From: Mobula hypostoma
Taxonomy: Eukaryota
NCBI RefSeq assembly: GCF_963921235.1
Contig: NC_086097.1
Span: 28,708,001-28,772,000, forward strand
Reading direction: 5' to 3'
DNA: 64,000 nucleotides
A model generated the notes under the pieces. The model did not search any database. It was not told the DNA's origin and was given only the letters and a program-made list of their open reading frames with translations. The position numbers and the translations under genes were made by a program. Numbering within the stretch: the first letter of the stretch is position 1; each line of letters opens with the position of its first letter. Below, piece after piece: positions 1 through 12,899 of the stretch.

Positions 1-104
1 CCACACAGATCAAGGTAAAACAATAACGTTGCTGTGACAGAGAAAGTGTAGTACAGATAGACAATAACGTGCAAGATCATAACGAGGTAAATTGCGAGGT
101 CAAG

Positions 105-700
105 AACATGAGATTCTGCAGATGCTGGGAATCTTGAGCAACACACACAAAATGCTGGAAGACTCAGAAAGTCAGGCAGCATCTATGGAAGGGAATAAAC
201 TGTCAAAGTTGTGAGTTGAAACCCTTCATCGGGACTGGAAGGGAAGGGGGCAGAAGCCAGAATAAGGTGGAAAGAGGGAAAGGAACACAAGGTGGGTAAG
301 TAAAGTGAGAAGCCGGGAAGTCATAGGTGGAAAAGGGACAGGACTGAAGGAGGGGCACCAGAGGGAGGCGATGGGCAGAAGAAAACAGGTGAGAGGGCAA
401 CCAGAATGGGAATGGAAAAAGAGAGGAGGAGGAGAAGGGAGAAATTACCAGCAGGGTGAGAAAATGGAGTTCCCACAGTCCTCCATACAGTTCACCAGGC
501 CTTTTCATTCTAAGTGTGCAGTCTAAAGATGGCCCTAAGAGGGGAGGCAGAATGGAGAGTGGAAAGAGTGGGAAGGAGGAAAGGGAAAATGAGCAGAACT
601 TTGAGAAATCGATGTCCGTGCCATCAGGTTGGTGGCTACCCAGACGGAATATTGAGGTGTTGCTCCAACAGCTTGAGTGTGGTCTCATTGTGGCAGGAGA
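105..700 (-). mobile_element. Old Penelope-like terminal fragment
   Basis: tctgcagatgctgg...cacacaaaatgctgg motif, purine tract and ccatcaggttgg(a/t)ggctacccag, shared with the other copies. Confidence 0.7.
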
Positions 701-3700
701 GTATTTAATCACTGCAAGAACTATTGTTCTGGTGTAGCTGCTATCCCGCAGCACAGTGTTTACCCCAGATGATGACAATCACTGGCTGGTTTAGAATGAC
801 ATGAGAAACATGATTCACTACAACCATGCCAGCTCTCCGAAAGATCTCTCCAACTTCTTGATCTTGTTGCACTTATATGGCACACAGAACAAAAGCTTTT
901 CACTGTATCACAGTACATCGGGATGAAGGGGCCCTCAGGATCCACACCACCAGGTTCAGGAACAGCTATTACCCCTCAACCATCAGGCTCTTGAACCAGT
1001 GGTGATAACTTCACTTGCCCCATCACTGAACTGTTCCTACATCCCATGGACTCACTTTTCAAGGACTCTTCATCGCATGTTCTCGATATTTATTGTTTTT
1101 TCTCCTTTTGTATTTGCACAATTTGTTACCGTTTGCACATTGACTATTTGCGTTTCAGGGTCCCCTATGGTGACATATATGGACTTTGATAATAAATATA
1201 CAATTAACTTTTGAACTTTGAAGTAGTTAACTGGATTCATCATTACCTTAACGAGTAAGAGCGTTAGTAGATGGTTGTCTCCCTGAAAGGAGGCTAGTGG
1301 TGTGCCGCAGTTGGAGGCAGGATTAAACGTAACATTTAAGAAAGCATTGATAGGTATATGGTTGAAAGGGGTAATGAGGTCTATGGTCCGGGTATAGGTA
1401 GATGGGACAAGGCAGAAAACCAGGTTGGCACAGACCAGATGGACTGAAGAGCCTGTTTCTGAGTGTAGTGTTCTATGACCGTAAGACAAAGGTATGGAAT
1501 GAGGCCATTCAGCCCATCAGTTCTGCTCTGCCACCATCATAGCATCATGTAGTGTGGAAACAGGCCCTTCAGCCCATCATGTTCACAGACTAACAAACAT
1601 CCATTTACACTTTTCCATTTTACTTTATTCTCTTTACATCCGCATCAACCCCCTCTAAGATTCTAACTCTCACCCACACAATACATCATAGTTTTCTGCA
1701 TTAAATTCCATCTAACACACTTGGGCCTACTCCACCCTAACGATATACTGTTGAAGGGATCACAAAGCCATGCTGATTAACCCTAATCAACCCATGTTTT
1801 GCCAAGTGCTCGAGATCCTGTCTGTAAGATATCAATCATGTTACTAATGTACTTGCCTCAACTGTTTCCTCGAGCAGTCAGCTCCAATTACTAACTCTGT
1901 AAAAAAAAAATTGTCCCTCAGGTTCCGATCAGATCGCACTTAATTAAACCTCTGTCCTCTAGGTCTTAAATAGCTGACTAGTTGCATCACTGCTTGGTAT
2001 GGAGGGGCCACTGCACAGGATCACAAAAAGCTGTACAAAGCTGCAGACTTGGTCAGCGCCGTCATGGGCATTCGCTGGCCCAGCATCAGGAACATCTTCA
2101 AACGGCAATGCCTTGAAATGCAGCATCCATCATTAAGGACCCCCATCACCCAGGACGTGTGCTTTTCTTACTGTTACCATCAGGGAGAAGCTACAGGAGC
2201 TTGAAGACACACACTCAATGTTTCATAAACAGCTTCTTCCCCTCTGCCAACAGATTATATATATATTTTTTTCTTATTGTAATTTATAAGATGTTTATGT
2301 CTTGCACTGTACACTGCTGAAAAGCAACAAATTTCACAACATATGCCAGTGATGTTAAACTTGCTTTTCCATGGGCTTCGGTCTTGCTGGCAAGCCTACT
2401 GTACATACAAACACATTGACAAGCACTTTCTGGAAGTCCAAATACCTCACAATACCGTTACTTTTTCAAAAAGCCTGACCAAATTAGGACACAATGAACC
2501 ATTTTCCTTTTTCCTGTATGTTGCCAGACCAGAAACATCAAACCAGAGAGATTTAAAAGACACCTGAGGGGCAAGTTTATCCCCCCCCGCCGGAGTAACA
2601 CAATCAAAATGCTGGTGGAACTCAGCAGGTCAGGCAGCATCTATGGAGAGGAATAAGCAGTCTATGTTTCAGGCCAAGACCCTTCATAGATAGATAGGTA
2701 TACTTTATTGATCCTGAGGGAAATTGGGTTTCGTTACAGCCGCACCAACCAAGAGTAGAGCATAAATATAGCAATACAAAAACCACAAACGATCAAACAA
2801 CAATATGCAAACTATGCCAGATGGACAATCAAACAACAATATCAGGACTCATGAAGGATGTTGGCCCAAAGCTTCGACTGTTTATTCCTCTATAGATGCT
2901 GCCTGATCTGCTGAGGGGGTGGAGGGTATAGGGAATGAACTGCTAGAGGTAGAGGCGAGTACGATTACAACGGTTAAAAGACATTTGGACAAGTACTGTA
3001 CATAGGCAGGTAGGATATCCAGGGATATGGACCAAATGAAGACAAACAGGACTGAATAGTGGACAACTTAAATAGCATGGGGAAATTGAGCTGAAGAACC
3101 TGTCTCTATGTTGTATGAAATCAAAGCAGACTGAACCTTCATCAACTGGACGCTACAGATCTCAGGACCAGCGAGTTACCTCTGATGTCCCGGCTGACAG
3201 TCATTCTTCAACCAACACCATCAAAATAGGCCATCTAATCACCAACAGGTTACTGTTGTGGGAGTTGGCCTTGTACCAAACACCATACCTCCCATCGTAC
3301 AAGAATGACCGGTAGATTGTACAAGGTGTGCGCATAAGAATATGGCAAAATAGGAGTAGGCAATTTGTCCCCTCAAACCTGACCAGTCCCAACCCTCACC
3401 CCTCTTCTGTGCCAGTTTCTCATCGCCCTCAATTCCCCGATCTTTCAAAATGATTTCTATGTTCACATCAGACTCCCTGGATCACCCAACCTCCACATCC
3501 CTCCACGAGAGTGAATTCCAGAGGTTCCTGCTGCAGTTACTCTGAAAGTGCTCCCAAAGTATGGTTGGGTCAAGGGCTCCAGGATTAAGGTGGACTGGCA
3601 ATACATTTCCAAGTCAGGATGAGGTGCAATTCAGACAGATGGTAGCATTTCCTGCACATCGAGAGAATGTCTTGTGAGGATAGGTTGAGCGAGCTAGGGC

Positions 3701-4289
3701 TTTTCTCTTTGGAGAGAAGGAGAGACGAGTTGATAGAGGTGTACAAGATGATAAGAGGCCAAGATCAAGTGGACAACCAATGGCATTTTCCCAGGGTGGA
3801 AGTGGCTAACACAAAGGTGTAGCTGCCTGCAGCAACGAATTCCAGAGATTCACTGGCTAAAGAAATTCCTCCTCATCTCCCTTCTAAATTGACGTCCCTC
3901 TATTCTGATGCTCCTCTGGTCTTAGACTCCCTCATCATAGGAAACATCCTCTCCACATCCACTCTATCAATGCCTTGTGACACTCGATAGGTTTCAATGA
4001 GCTCTATGTTCCATAATTCAGAAGCAAGATAGCTCCAGATGCAAATTAATCTTCAATGAGAAGCTCCCAGTACACACCTCAAAGGATAAGCAAATAGCTT
4101 GAACAGCTTGCCAAAATTTCAAACAGCCAGGCATGCAAAATTAGAGAAATCTAGATTTTTATGATACACAACAACCGTTTGGTCTCATTTGCTGAGGTTT
4201 CTGTCAATGCTCAAACACAAGCAGTGATTGTGGGTGTAATGATCACACACACGTATTCTGGACTCTTGATTTGTTCCCAATTACATAAA

Positions 4290-5090
4290 GGTGTACAAGA
4301 TGACAAGAGGTTAATGGCAGGATTCCTAGCAGCGTGGAAGAACAGAGGAACCTTGAGGTCCACATCCATATAACTCAAATTTGCCATGCAGGTTGATAGG
4401 GTTGGTAATAAGATGTATGGTGTGTTGACCTTCATTAGTCGGGGCAATTGAGTTCAAGAGCAACGAGGTAATGTTGCAGCTCTATAAAACCCTGGCTAGA
4501 TCACACTGTGAATAGTGTGTTCCAGTTCTGGTCGTCTCATTATAGGAAGGATGTGGAAGCTTTAGAGAGGGTGCTGAGGTGATTTGCCAGGATGCTGCCT
4601 GGGTCGGAGACCATGTATTTTGAGGATCAGTTGAGTGAGCCGGGGATTTTCTCTTTGGAGCAATGGAAGATGAGAAGTGATGTGATAGAGGTGGACAAGA
4701 TGATGAGAGGCATAGATGAAGTGGACAGCCACAGACTTTTTCCCCAGAGCGGAAATGGCAAATATGACAGGGACATAAATTTAAGGTGGGTGCTTGGTGG
4801 AAAGTATAGGGCTGATGTCAGAGATAACATTTATTATCAAAGTACATTTATTATCAAAGAGTGGAAGTTGCATGGAATGCACTGTCTGGAGGGGTGGCAG
4901 ATGCATCAGAGACATTTAAGAAACTCTTAGGCACACGGATGAAAGAAAAATGGAGGGCTATGTGGGAGGGAAGAGTTAGATTAGTCTTAGAGCCAGTTCA
5001 AATAGGATAAATCTTAGAGCAGATTAAAGAGCAGTTTGGCTCAACATCATAGGCCGTAGGACCTGCACTGTGCTGTACTATTCCACGTTC
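4290..5090 (+). mobile_element. CR1 3' fragment
   Basis: Similar to the 3' part of the other CR1 copies. Confidence 0.75.
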
Positions 5091-6239
5091 AATTCTGACA
5101 GAAGTGTAATTGGGTGCCCAGGATTTTGAAGCCTAGATCCAAAGTCCCAGAATACCCTCCTCAATCTCCATACCTCCCCTTGCTCCTTCAAGTCTATTGG
5201 TCTGTCCAAGCTGTCAGCTAAAAGGGCCCTAACCACCTTACGACAGATTTACTTCGATAAACCTGCGTGAATAGGCAGCACAAGGGTGCTGTGGGTAGAG
5301 CCACTGCCTCACCAGAGAACGAGCTTCAACCCTCACTCCGTTCTCCCTGCGATCACCTGTCTGCCCCCTAACCCTGGGTACTCCCAAACCCATCCTCCTC
5401 CTCCCAAATACGCATAGGTCAATGAGTTCATTAGCTACTGTAAATTGTCCCCAGGTGAGGGGGGGGGGAGCTGCTGGGAATTATGGCAAGGGCAAAATAG
5501 AATCAGTGTAGTATTAGTGCCAATGGGTGGTTGATGGTCAGTATGAACCCAGTGGGCAGAACAGCCTGCTTCTGTGCTGCACGACTACAGAATGCTTTTC
5601 CACACAAGGCAAATTTGCCAAGTTCCCGTTGAACCTCACTAATTTTTATCAATGCACCTTAGAAAGCACCCTATCTGGATGCATCACTGCTCTGCCTGAG
5701 GCAAGAAACTGCCGCGAGTTGTGGACACAGCTCAGTACATTACAGAAAGCAGCCTCCATGGACTCAGTCTATACCTCTCGCTGCCTCGGTAAGGCAGCCA
5801 ACATAACCAAAGACACCACCTACCCCAAACCTTCTCTGTTCTTCACACCCCACCCCATCAGGCAGGAGATGCAAAAACCTGAAAGCCCATACCACCAGGC
5901 TCAAGGACAGACAGCTCTTATCCCACGGTTATAAAACTATCGAACGGTCTTCTAATATGGTAAAATGGACTCTTGACCTCACAGTCTGCCTCATGGCCTT
6001 GCACCTGCGCTGCACTTCCTCTGTAATTGTATCACTTTATTCTGCACTTATTTAATGCTTTTCCCCTGCACCACCTCAATGTACTAATGTGATGGAATTA
6101 TCAGTATGGATGGTCTGCAAAACAAAGTTTTTCACTGTACCTCGGTGCACGTGACAAAGATAAACTAATTTACTAAATCCTGTTGAAAGTGACAGGGCAG
6201 GATGTCACATAAGGTCAGAGGGAGATATCAGTGCACATT

Positions 6240-6800
6240 ATTAGAGTCATGGAGCACAACACAGAAACAGGCCCTTCAGCCCATCAAATCCATGCCATAC
6301 TGTTATTCTGCCTAGTCCCATTGACTGGCATCTGGACCATACTCCTCCCATCCATGTACCTATCCAAACTTCCACCACTTCACCTAGCAGCTCATTTCAC
6401 ACCTTCACCACCCCTCAGAGTGAAAAAAAATTCCCCCTCACATCCCTTGAACATTTCACCTTTCACCCTTAACCTATGACCTCTAGTTCTAGTCTCAAGT
6501 AACTTCAGTTGAAAATGTTTGCTTGCATTTACCCTATTTGCACCCTTCTTAATTTTGTATACCTCTATCAAATCTCCCCTCATTCTCCTGCACTCCAAGG
6601 ATAAAGTCCCAACCTAATCAACCTTTCCCTATAACTCAAGTCCTCAGTCAAATTTCTCTGTACTCTTTCAATCTTATTGATATCTTTCCTGTAAGTAGGT
6701 GACCAGAACTGCACAGAATACTCCAAATTTGGTTTTACACTTGGACATAACATCCCAGCTCAAATGATTTGATTTATGAAAGCCAATGTGCCAAAACCAC
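6240..6800 (-). mobile_element. CR1 3' fragment
   Basis: RRMRGDLIEVYKI peptide; CR1 tail. Confidence 0.75.
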
Positions 6801-6814
6801 TCTTTACCAGATAG

Positions 6815-7560
6815 AAAGCTTTATACCTGACTGGGAGACCGTTTCGCTGAACACCTATGCTCTGTCCGCCAGAGAAAGCAACATCTCCCAGTGGCCACAC
6901 ATTTTAACTCCACGTCCCATTCTCATTCTGACATGTCTATCCACCGCCTCCTCTACTGTAAAGATGAAGCCACACTCAGGTTGGAGGAACAACACCTTAT
7001 ATTCCATCTGGGTAGCCTCCAACCTGATGGCATGAACATTGACTTCTCTAACTTCTGTTAATGTCCCTCCTCCTGTTCTTACCCCATCCCTCATTTATTT
7101 ATTATTTTTTTACTTTTTTTCCCTCTCACAATTATTCCTTGCCTGCTCTCCATCTTCCTCTGGCACACCCGTCCCCCTTTCTTTCTCCCTAGGCCTCCTA
7201 TCCCATGATCCTTTCCCTTCTCCAGCCTTGTATCCCTTTTGCCAATCAACTTTCCAGCTCTTAGCTCTATCCATATAACCATATAACAATTACAGCACGG
7301 AAACAGGCCATCTTGGCCCTTCTAGTCCGTGCCGAACTCTTACCCTCACCTAGTCCCACCGACCTGCACTCAGCCCCTTCCCTCCTGTCTTCTCCTATCA
7401 TTTCAGATCTCCCTCTCCCCCTCCCACTTTCAAATCTCTTACTAGCTCTGCTTTCAGTTAGTCCTGATGAAGGGTGTCGGCCCAAAACTTCGACTGTGCT
7501 TCTTCCCAGAGATGCTGCCTGGCCTGCTGCGTGCACCAGCATTTTGTGTGTTTTACCATA
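6815..7560 (+). mobile_element. Penelope-like 3' fragment (GIY-YIG remnant, decayed hammerhead at 7460-7495), interrupted by a short CR1 tail at ~7272-7375
   Basis: Close similarity to 29750-30400. Confidence 0.8.
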
Positions 7561-8143
7561 TTTATGAAGTGGTTTCAAAGTCATCATTCTGGTTAGAGGG
7601 TGCTTCTTCTTGAAGCAGTGTTAGAAGATAACAACAGCTCAAAATTCAATCAGATTACAGGCATTCACACATATGCACCCTACCATCTCCTGTTCTGTAG
7701 ACAGCTGGCAAGGTTTCTTCCTACAACCCACTTCCGCCCTGTCAATATCACTTGTTCACAAGCTCCAGGGTTACAAGGCTACATACACATTCTGGCTATC
7801 ACCAACTCGAGTGTTTACTGAGATCGGCGCTGCTGCTGGTCCCGGGAACCCCCGACGCCATCAGCAATCCGGAATGAGAATTATTACCACTGACATATGT
7901 CGTCAAATATGTTGTCTTGCGGCAGCAGTCGATTGCAATACATTAAATTACTGTAAGTTACAATAAATTTAAAAAGTGCAAAAGAGGAATGGCGAGGTAT
8001 TGCAGTGGACTGATTTGAAATCATGGACCGCTCCGGCAGGGAGTCATCTCCAGCGCGATGGCTCTCCAAGCGGCCTCCACGCGGATGTGGTTTTAAAGTA
8101 TGCTGTTAAAACGGTAAAATCAAAGTGAAAGCGAGAGACTCAC

Positions 8144-8244
8144 ATCTGCAACATGATTTTGTGTAGGAACACGCCATCGGCCAAATCCATGTACATGGTC
8201 CCGTTCTCCTCGCTCGTCCCGCCCAGCGGTCCGAAGGTTTTCAC
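8144..8244 (-). CDS. CCDC88C: CCDC88C coding exon 2, [34 protein letters not shown] (Hook-like N-terminal domain); the gene continues leftward and no further exon was recognised in 1-8143
   Basis: tccag acceptor, 101 nt, GTGAGT donor, in frame with exon 1. Matches the Daple/Girdin motif VKTFGP...YMDLxDGxFLxxIMLQI. Confidence 0.95.
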
Positions 8245-8639
8245 CTGGAAGATTTGTTTTAATAATTCTCAGTTAGAATGTGATAATTAATGACAAACAA
8301 GACGGTTGGAATTGCTCTATAGTATCGAAGTAGGGTGCAAAGTTGCAAACACCCGGCGACCATTTGCAATAGTTAACAGAAGTTCAGAGAGTCAGTGACA
8401 GCTCTCCCCTCTCACCACCCCACCGCCGCCACGAAAGTACCCAGTTTAAAACAGCCATACCCATCCCACAATCTGCCGCACTTCCCTGTCTCTCTCTCTG
8501 CTACCAACATATCTCCCTTCATTTCTCTTTCCTCTACAGTCAAACGCACATTTTCACGCGTATATACCCCCTCTCTCCCCCATTCTGTGTGAAGTACCCT
8601 CTCTCATCAATATCGTCCAACGTCCATCTCTCCCCCTCC

Positions 8640-8760
8640 CCTTCTCCTCCCTCTCTCTCACACACACACTGACACGAAACTCCTTCCCTCCTCCGTCTCC
8701 CTCTCCCATCCCTCCGTCCCCCTTCTTTCTCAATGCTCTCTCTCTCTCTCTATCACACAC
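8640..8760. repeat. (CT)n/(CA)n pyrimidine-rich simple repeats in CCDC88C intron 1
   Basis: Read directly from the sequence. Confidence 0.8.
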
Positions 8761-8774
8761 TCGGCTTCACTCAC

Positions 8775-8834
8775 CCAGGTGACCAGCGGGCTGCTCATGA
8801 ACTGCTCCAGCAGCTCAGAGATGGTCACATCCAT
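8775..8834 (-). CDS. CCDC88C: CCDC88C (Daple) coding exon 1, MDVTISELLEQFMSSPLVTW
   Basis: ATG at 8834-8832 in a good Kozak context (ctcaccATGG), 60 nt, followed by donor GTGAGT. The peptide matches the Daple N-terminus as I recall it ([20 protein letters not shown]). Confidence 0.95.
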
Positions 8835-9420
8835 GGTGAGCATCGAGGAGATCCAAGCCAGCCGAGGGGACGGGTAAGGTAGTGCTGGGGGAGGTACTCA
8901 GGGCACCGAGAGAGGGAGCCGGGCAGCCCGGCCCCTCATCACCCAGTGAGGGTGAAGGAGCGCAGCGGGCGAAGGTCCCCCGTCTCTCTCCCGGGGCGCA
9001 GCCACCGATTCCGCCGCCGCCGGGACCACGCGAACCGGTCCACGCCGATTCACCGAGTGCCGCAAGCCAGGGCCGGCACCATGGCAACGCCGCGGGTTAT
9101 GTTTCCATAGGGAGAAGCGGGCGGCAAGGAGGGGTGGTCGGGCGGAGAGGTTGCAACAAATTGCCCAAGTCGGAGTCACGCCGACCCGCCGCTGGAATCC
9201 CGAGACTTCGCAAACTGATACGAAGCGGCGGAACAAAGCGGCGTCCGCAACATTGTAATCAGCGCTTGCAAACCACCACGGAGCGACAGGGCGCTCCGCC
9301 AATCGCCGCTTGCAGATCTCTCCGCTCAACCAATCCATTCATCGCTGAGGGCAGTGGGGCGGGGTCTGGGAACGCGACGCCCTCTGGCGGGACGCAGTGT
9401 GAACTACACGCGCACGGCGA

Positions 9421-9468
9421 GAGTGAGTGAGTGAGTGAGTGAGTGAGTGAATCAGTGAATGAGTGAGT
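9421..9468. repeat. (GAGT)n microsatellite upstream of CCDC88C
   Basis: Read directly from the sequence. Confidence 0.9.
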
Positions 9469-9770
9469 TATTTATTTACTTATTACAAACACAGCGCGCA
9501 ACAGGCCCTTCCGGCCCACCGAGCCACGCCGCCCAGCAACCCACCTAGCCTGATCACAGGTCAATTTACAATAGCCAGCTGACCTACTAATTAATCGGCA
9601 CGTCCTTGGACTTTAAGAGGAAACCGGCGCACTCGGAGGAAACCCACGCATATATGGGAAAGGACGTACAAACTCTGTACAAACGTACAGAGGACGCCAG
9701 ATTTGAACTCCCAACTCCGACGCCCTAAACTGTAATAGCATCGCGTTAACCGTAACACTACAGTGGCTAG
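9469..9770 (-). mobile_element. V-domain (HE1-like) tRNA-derived SINE next to the CCDC88C promoter; related copies at ~16950-17240, 31585-31850, 41085-41270, 45900-46160, 49815-50105 and 57918-58210
   Basis: Pol III B-box-like gttcaa(a/t)tc; conserved core gggtttcctccg(a/g)gtgc(g/t)ccggtttcctc; (ttta)n tail. Confidence 0.75.
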
Positions 9771-9954
9771 TGAGTGATGAGTGAGAGGGAGCTGGTGTTG
9801 AGTGGAGGAAACTGGACCAAGGATCTCCCTGCACCCAGTCCCTGCTGAGTTCAGAATACAAACAAAACTGCTGTGGAGACACAAGAATTGAAGTTCAAAG
9901 TACTTCATATATGTCACCACATAGAAGCCTGAAGGCATAGTCAGCAAATGTATA

Positions 9955-10232
9955 TAATAGTATTATTATTATTATAGGCATCCGTTAATCTCGTGAGACC
10001 ATGTATTTGCGCCTTGGGAGGTTGCCCATGCTGCAAGTCTCCCCTCTCCACACCACCGATGTTATCCAAGGGAAGGTTACTAGGGCCGATACAGCTTGGC
10101 ACTGGTGTCATCACAGAGCAATGTGTGGTTAAGTGCCTTGCAAGGACACAACACACTGCCTCAGCTGAGGCTCGAACTAACGACCTTTAGATCACTACAC
10201 CGACGCCTTAACCACTTGGCCACACGCCAACA
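9955..10232 (-). mobile_element. Second tRNA-derived SINE family; another copy on the plus strand at ~37988-38290
   Basis: A box tggccaagtgg, B box gttcgagcc, gtccttg(a)gcaaggcacttaacc core, (taa)n tail. The two copies are closely similar. Confidence 0.8.
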
Positions 10233-12899
10233 CATATAATAGTAACTATACCAGGATCGATGAAAGATCAACCAGAAGACAACAAACTGTGCAAATGCAA
10301 ATATAAATAAATAGCAATAAATAACAAGAACATGAAATAACAAGATAAAGAGTCGAATAAACTCCTCTTGGTCTACCAGGCAGGTAGAGGTATTGATTTT
10401 GACTGATGTTTCAATGACAAACTCTGCCATCTTCAGCAGGGTTGATGCCTAGGCACATCTAGTCCAGTGCTATATATACCCACTGTAGTCCATCCCCTCG
10501 ATTGGTTAGTCCTCAACATATCAGGTTTCCACTGTCCCACTTTGTTTACAATCAAATTCCAGTTCTTACTTAGAGCGAGATCTTCATCTTTGTTAAAAAT
10601 TCCTTTCCTCTAGTTTTATTTCATTGGCTTCCTTCACCAAGCAGTCCCAAAAGCCCAGGACAAGACAGGTATCGGTTAAAATCAATACCAGTAGCCCGAG
10701 AAGAGTTTATCCATCATATATGCCGGGAATGCACTAGATCCTTTTTTTTTTAAGATGAAGAGTCCTTAAGAGGAGATCTTTGGTTGTGGGAGCATCCCAA
10801 TGGATGGACAAGTGAGTGAAGTTTATCCCTTTTGTTCAAGAGCCTGATGGTTGAGGGGTAGAAACTGTTCCTGAACCTGATGGTGCGACTCCTGAGGCTC
10901 CTGTACCTTCAACTTGACAGATGCAGTGAGAAAGGAGCTTTGAGTTGATTATTTTCAGATGCAGTGAAAAACTTGTCATGCACATACCAATCACGTCGTG
11001 ACCACAACACAATGAAACATTACCTGGGAAAACAATAACAAAACACAGAACGCTACAGAGAAGGTGCAGTGCATTGACAACAAGGTTCAAGGGCCATAAC
11101 AAGATAAATTGTGAGGTCAATAGTCTGTCTTGTACCAGGGGACCGTTCAATAGTCTTATAACAGTGGGGTAGAAGCTGCCCTTGAACCTGATGTTAAGTG
11201 CTCTCAGGCTTTTGTATTTTGGAACAAGAGAGAATGTTTGGTGTGGGTGGGGTATTTGATTATGCTGGCTGCTTTACTGAGGCAGTGAAAAGTGGACAGA
11301 GTGCATGGAGGGGAAGCTAGTTTCTGTGATGTGCCAAGCCGTATCCACTACTCTCTGCAGTTTTTTTGCAGTCACAAGCAGAGGAGTCGCCATACCAAGC
11401 CGTGATGCATTCAGATGAGGGACTGCAGATGCTGAATCTGGAAGTGAAATAAAACAAGCTGCCAGAGGAACTCAGTGGGTCAGACGGCATCTGTGGAGGC
11501 AGGGGGTTGGTCGATATAAACAGTTGATGCTTCAGGCTGAAAATTCCCAATGAAGGGTCTTATCCAGAGATGCTGCTTGATCTGTTGACGTTTCCAGGGT
11601 TCTGTCCATGTTGCTCTGGATTTCCAGAATCTTCTGTGCGCATCAGTTCAGCATTGTGTGTGTGCCCACACCTAAAGGGCTGCAGCAGTTCAGAATCAGA
11701 ATGATTATCACTGGGATTTGTTGTTTTACAGCAGCAGTACAGTGCAAGACATCAGTCAAGAGGGGACCTCACCGCCACCTCCTCTCAGGTAACTAGGGGC
11801 GGGCAATTTAATGCTGTCTCAGCCCGTGAAGCCCACATTCCTCGAATTAATACAAATAAGATGTGACCTCTGCCACTTTGAGATAGTGGACACAGCCCAG
11901 CCCATCACAGGCACAACCCTCTCCACCACCACCCACAGCACCTAGCATCAAGGATGCCCGCCATCCAGTCCACGCCATCTTCCCACAGCTACCATCAGGC
12001 AGCAGGTGCCCGAGGCAAGCCTGAAGTCCCACACCGCCAGGTTCAGGAACAGCCACTTTCCTTCAACCATTCCGTTCCTGAACCAACCCGCACAACCCTA
12101 ATCACCGCCCCAGCATCGGAACAATACAGACCACCTCTTGCACCACCATGGACTTCAGAATTAGGATTACTATAACTGACATGTTTTGTACCTGTAGTAT
12201 TACCATAAGTTACAAATAAATAAATAGCACTAAATTCGACTTTATTTGAGGTGGAGTTTTTGTTTCCAATTGTGTATTTGTCCTAATGTTTTGTTTTAGG
12301 TCACAGAACAGAACAGCACCATACAGACTCTTTGGCCCACGATGTTGTGCCAACCTTTTATCTAATCCTTCCCTCCTACATAGCCCTCCATTTTTCCCAT
12401 TTGTGCCTATCTAATATTCCTTTGCACAATCATCTTTCTTCGTAGTTTTGTATAACTTGTATTCGGTGTGCTATCTGTACCTATGTGATGTTGCTATAAA
12501 CAAGTTTTTCTTTATTGTATATGTACCTCACTGTATTTGTACACATGACAGTAAACTCAACTTATTGACTTGACACTTTGACAGTCTCCAGTTTCCTCAT
12601 CCCAACCAATACAGGTCCAGGCTTCAGACTTGAAACAATAACCTGGTTCCTCTCCCCACAGACGCTGCCTGACATACTGAGAGTTTTCAGCATTTTCTTC
12701 TTTACTGGATGAATGCATTTGCTCCAGAAAGAGGCTCCATCTGTAGGAACTCATAAACAGAAGACATTCTGCAGATGCTGGAAATCCCGAGCTTGAGCAA
12801 CCCACACAAATTGCTGAGGGAACTCAGCAAGTCAAGCAGCATCTATGGAGGGCACTGAATGCCCCTCGATGCCCTCCCTATCAATCAGGCCAGCTACCA

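Larger units (their letters stand above)
7990..9760. promoter_or_regulatory. CpG island / promoter of CCDC88C with CCAAT boxes (~9299, ~9330) and a GC box (~9356-9364)
   Basis: Sharp rise in CpG and GC content in an otherwise CpG-depleted window. ccaatc occurs twice and ggggcgggg once, upstream of exon 1. Confidence 0.85.

Noticed and set aside
203..778. 191-aa Pro/Leu/Ser/Phe-rich ORF and similar ORFs (18107-18586, 40039-40482, 60897-61385)
   Set aside because: These are translations of the pyrimidine-rich Penelope terminal region, not genes.
690..900. Candidate CCDC88C exon 3
   Set aside because: No frame resembles the expected Daple continuation (DPRP.NQR..K.VNND), so exon 3 probably lies left of the window.
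8882..9430. 182-aa plus-strand ORF and other ORFs over the CpG island
   Set aside because: These are stop-poor frames caused by high GC content, with no recognisable domain, overlapping the CCDC88C 5' region.
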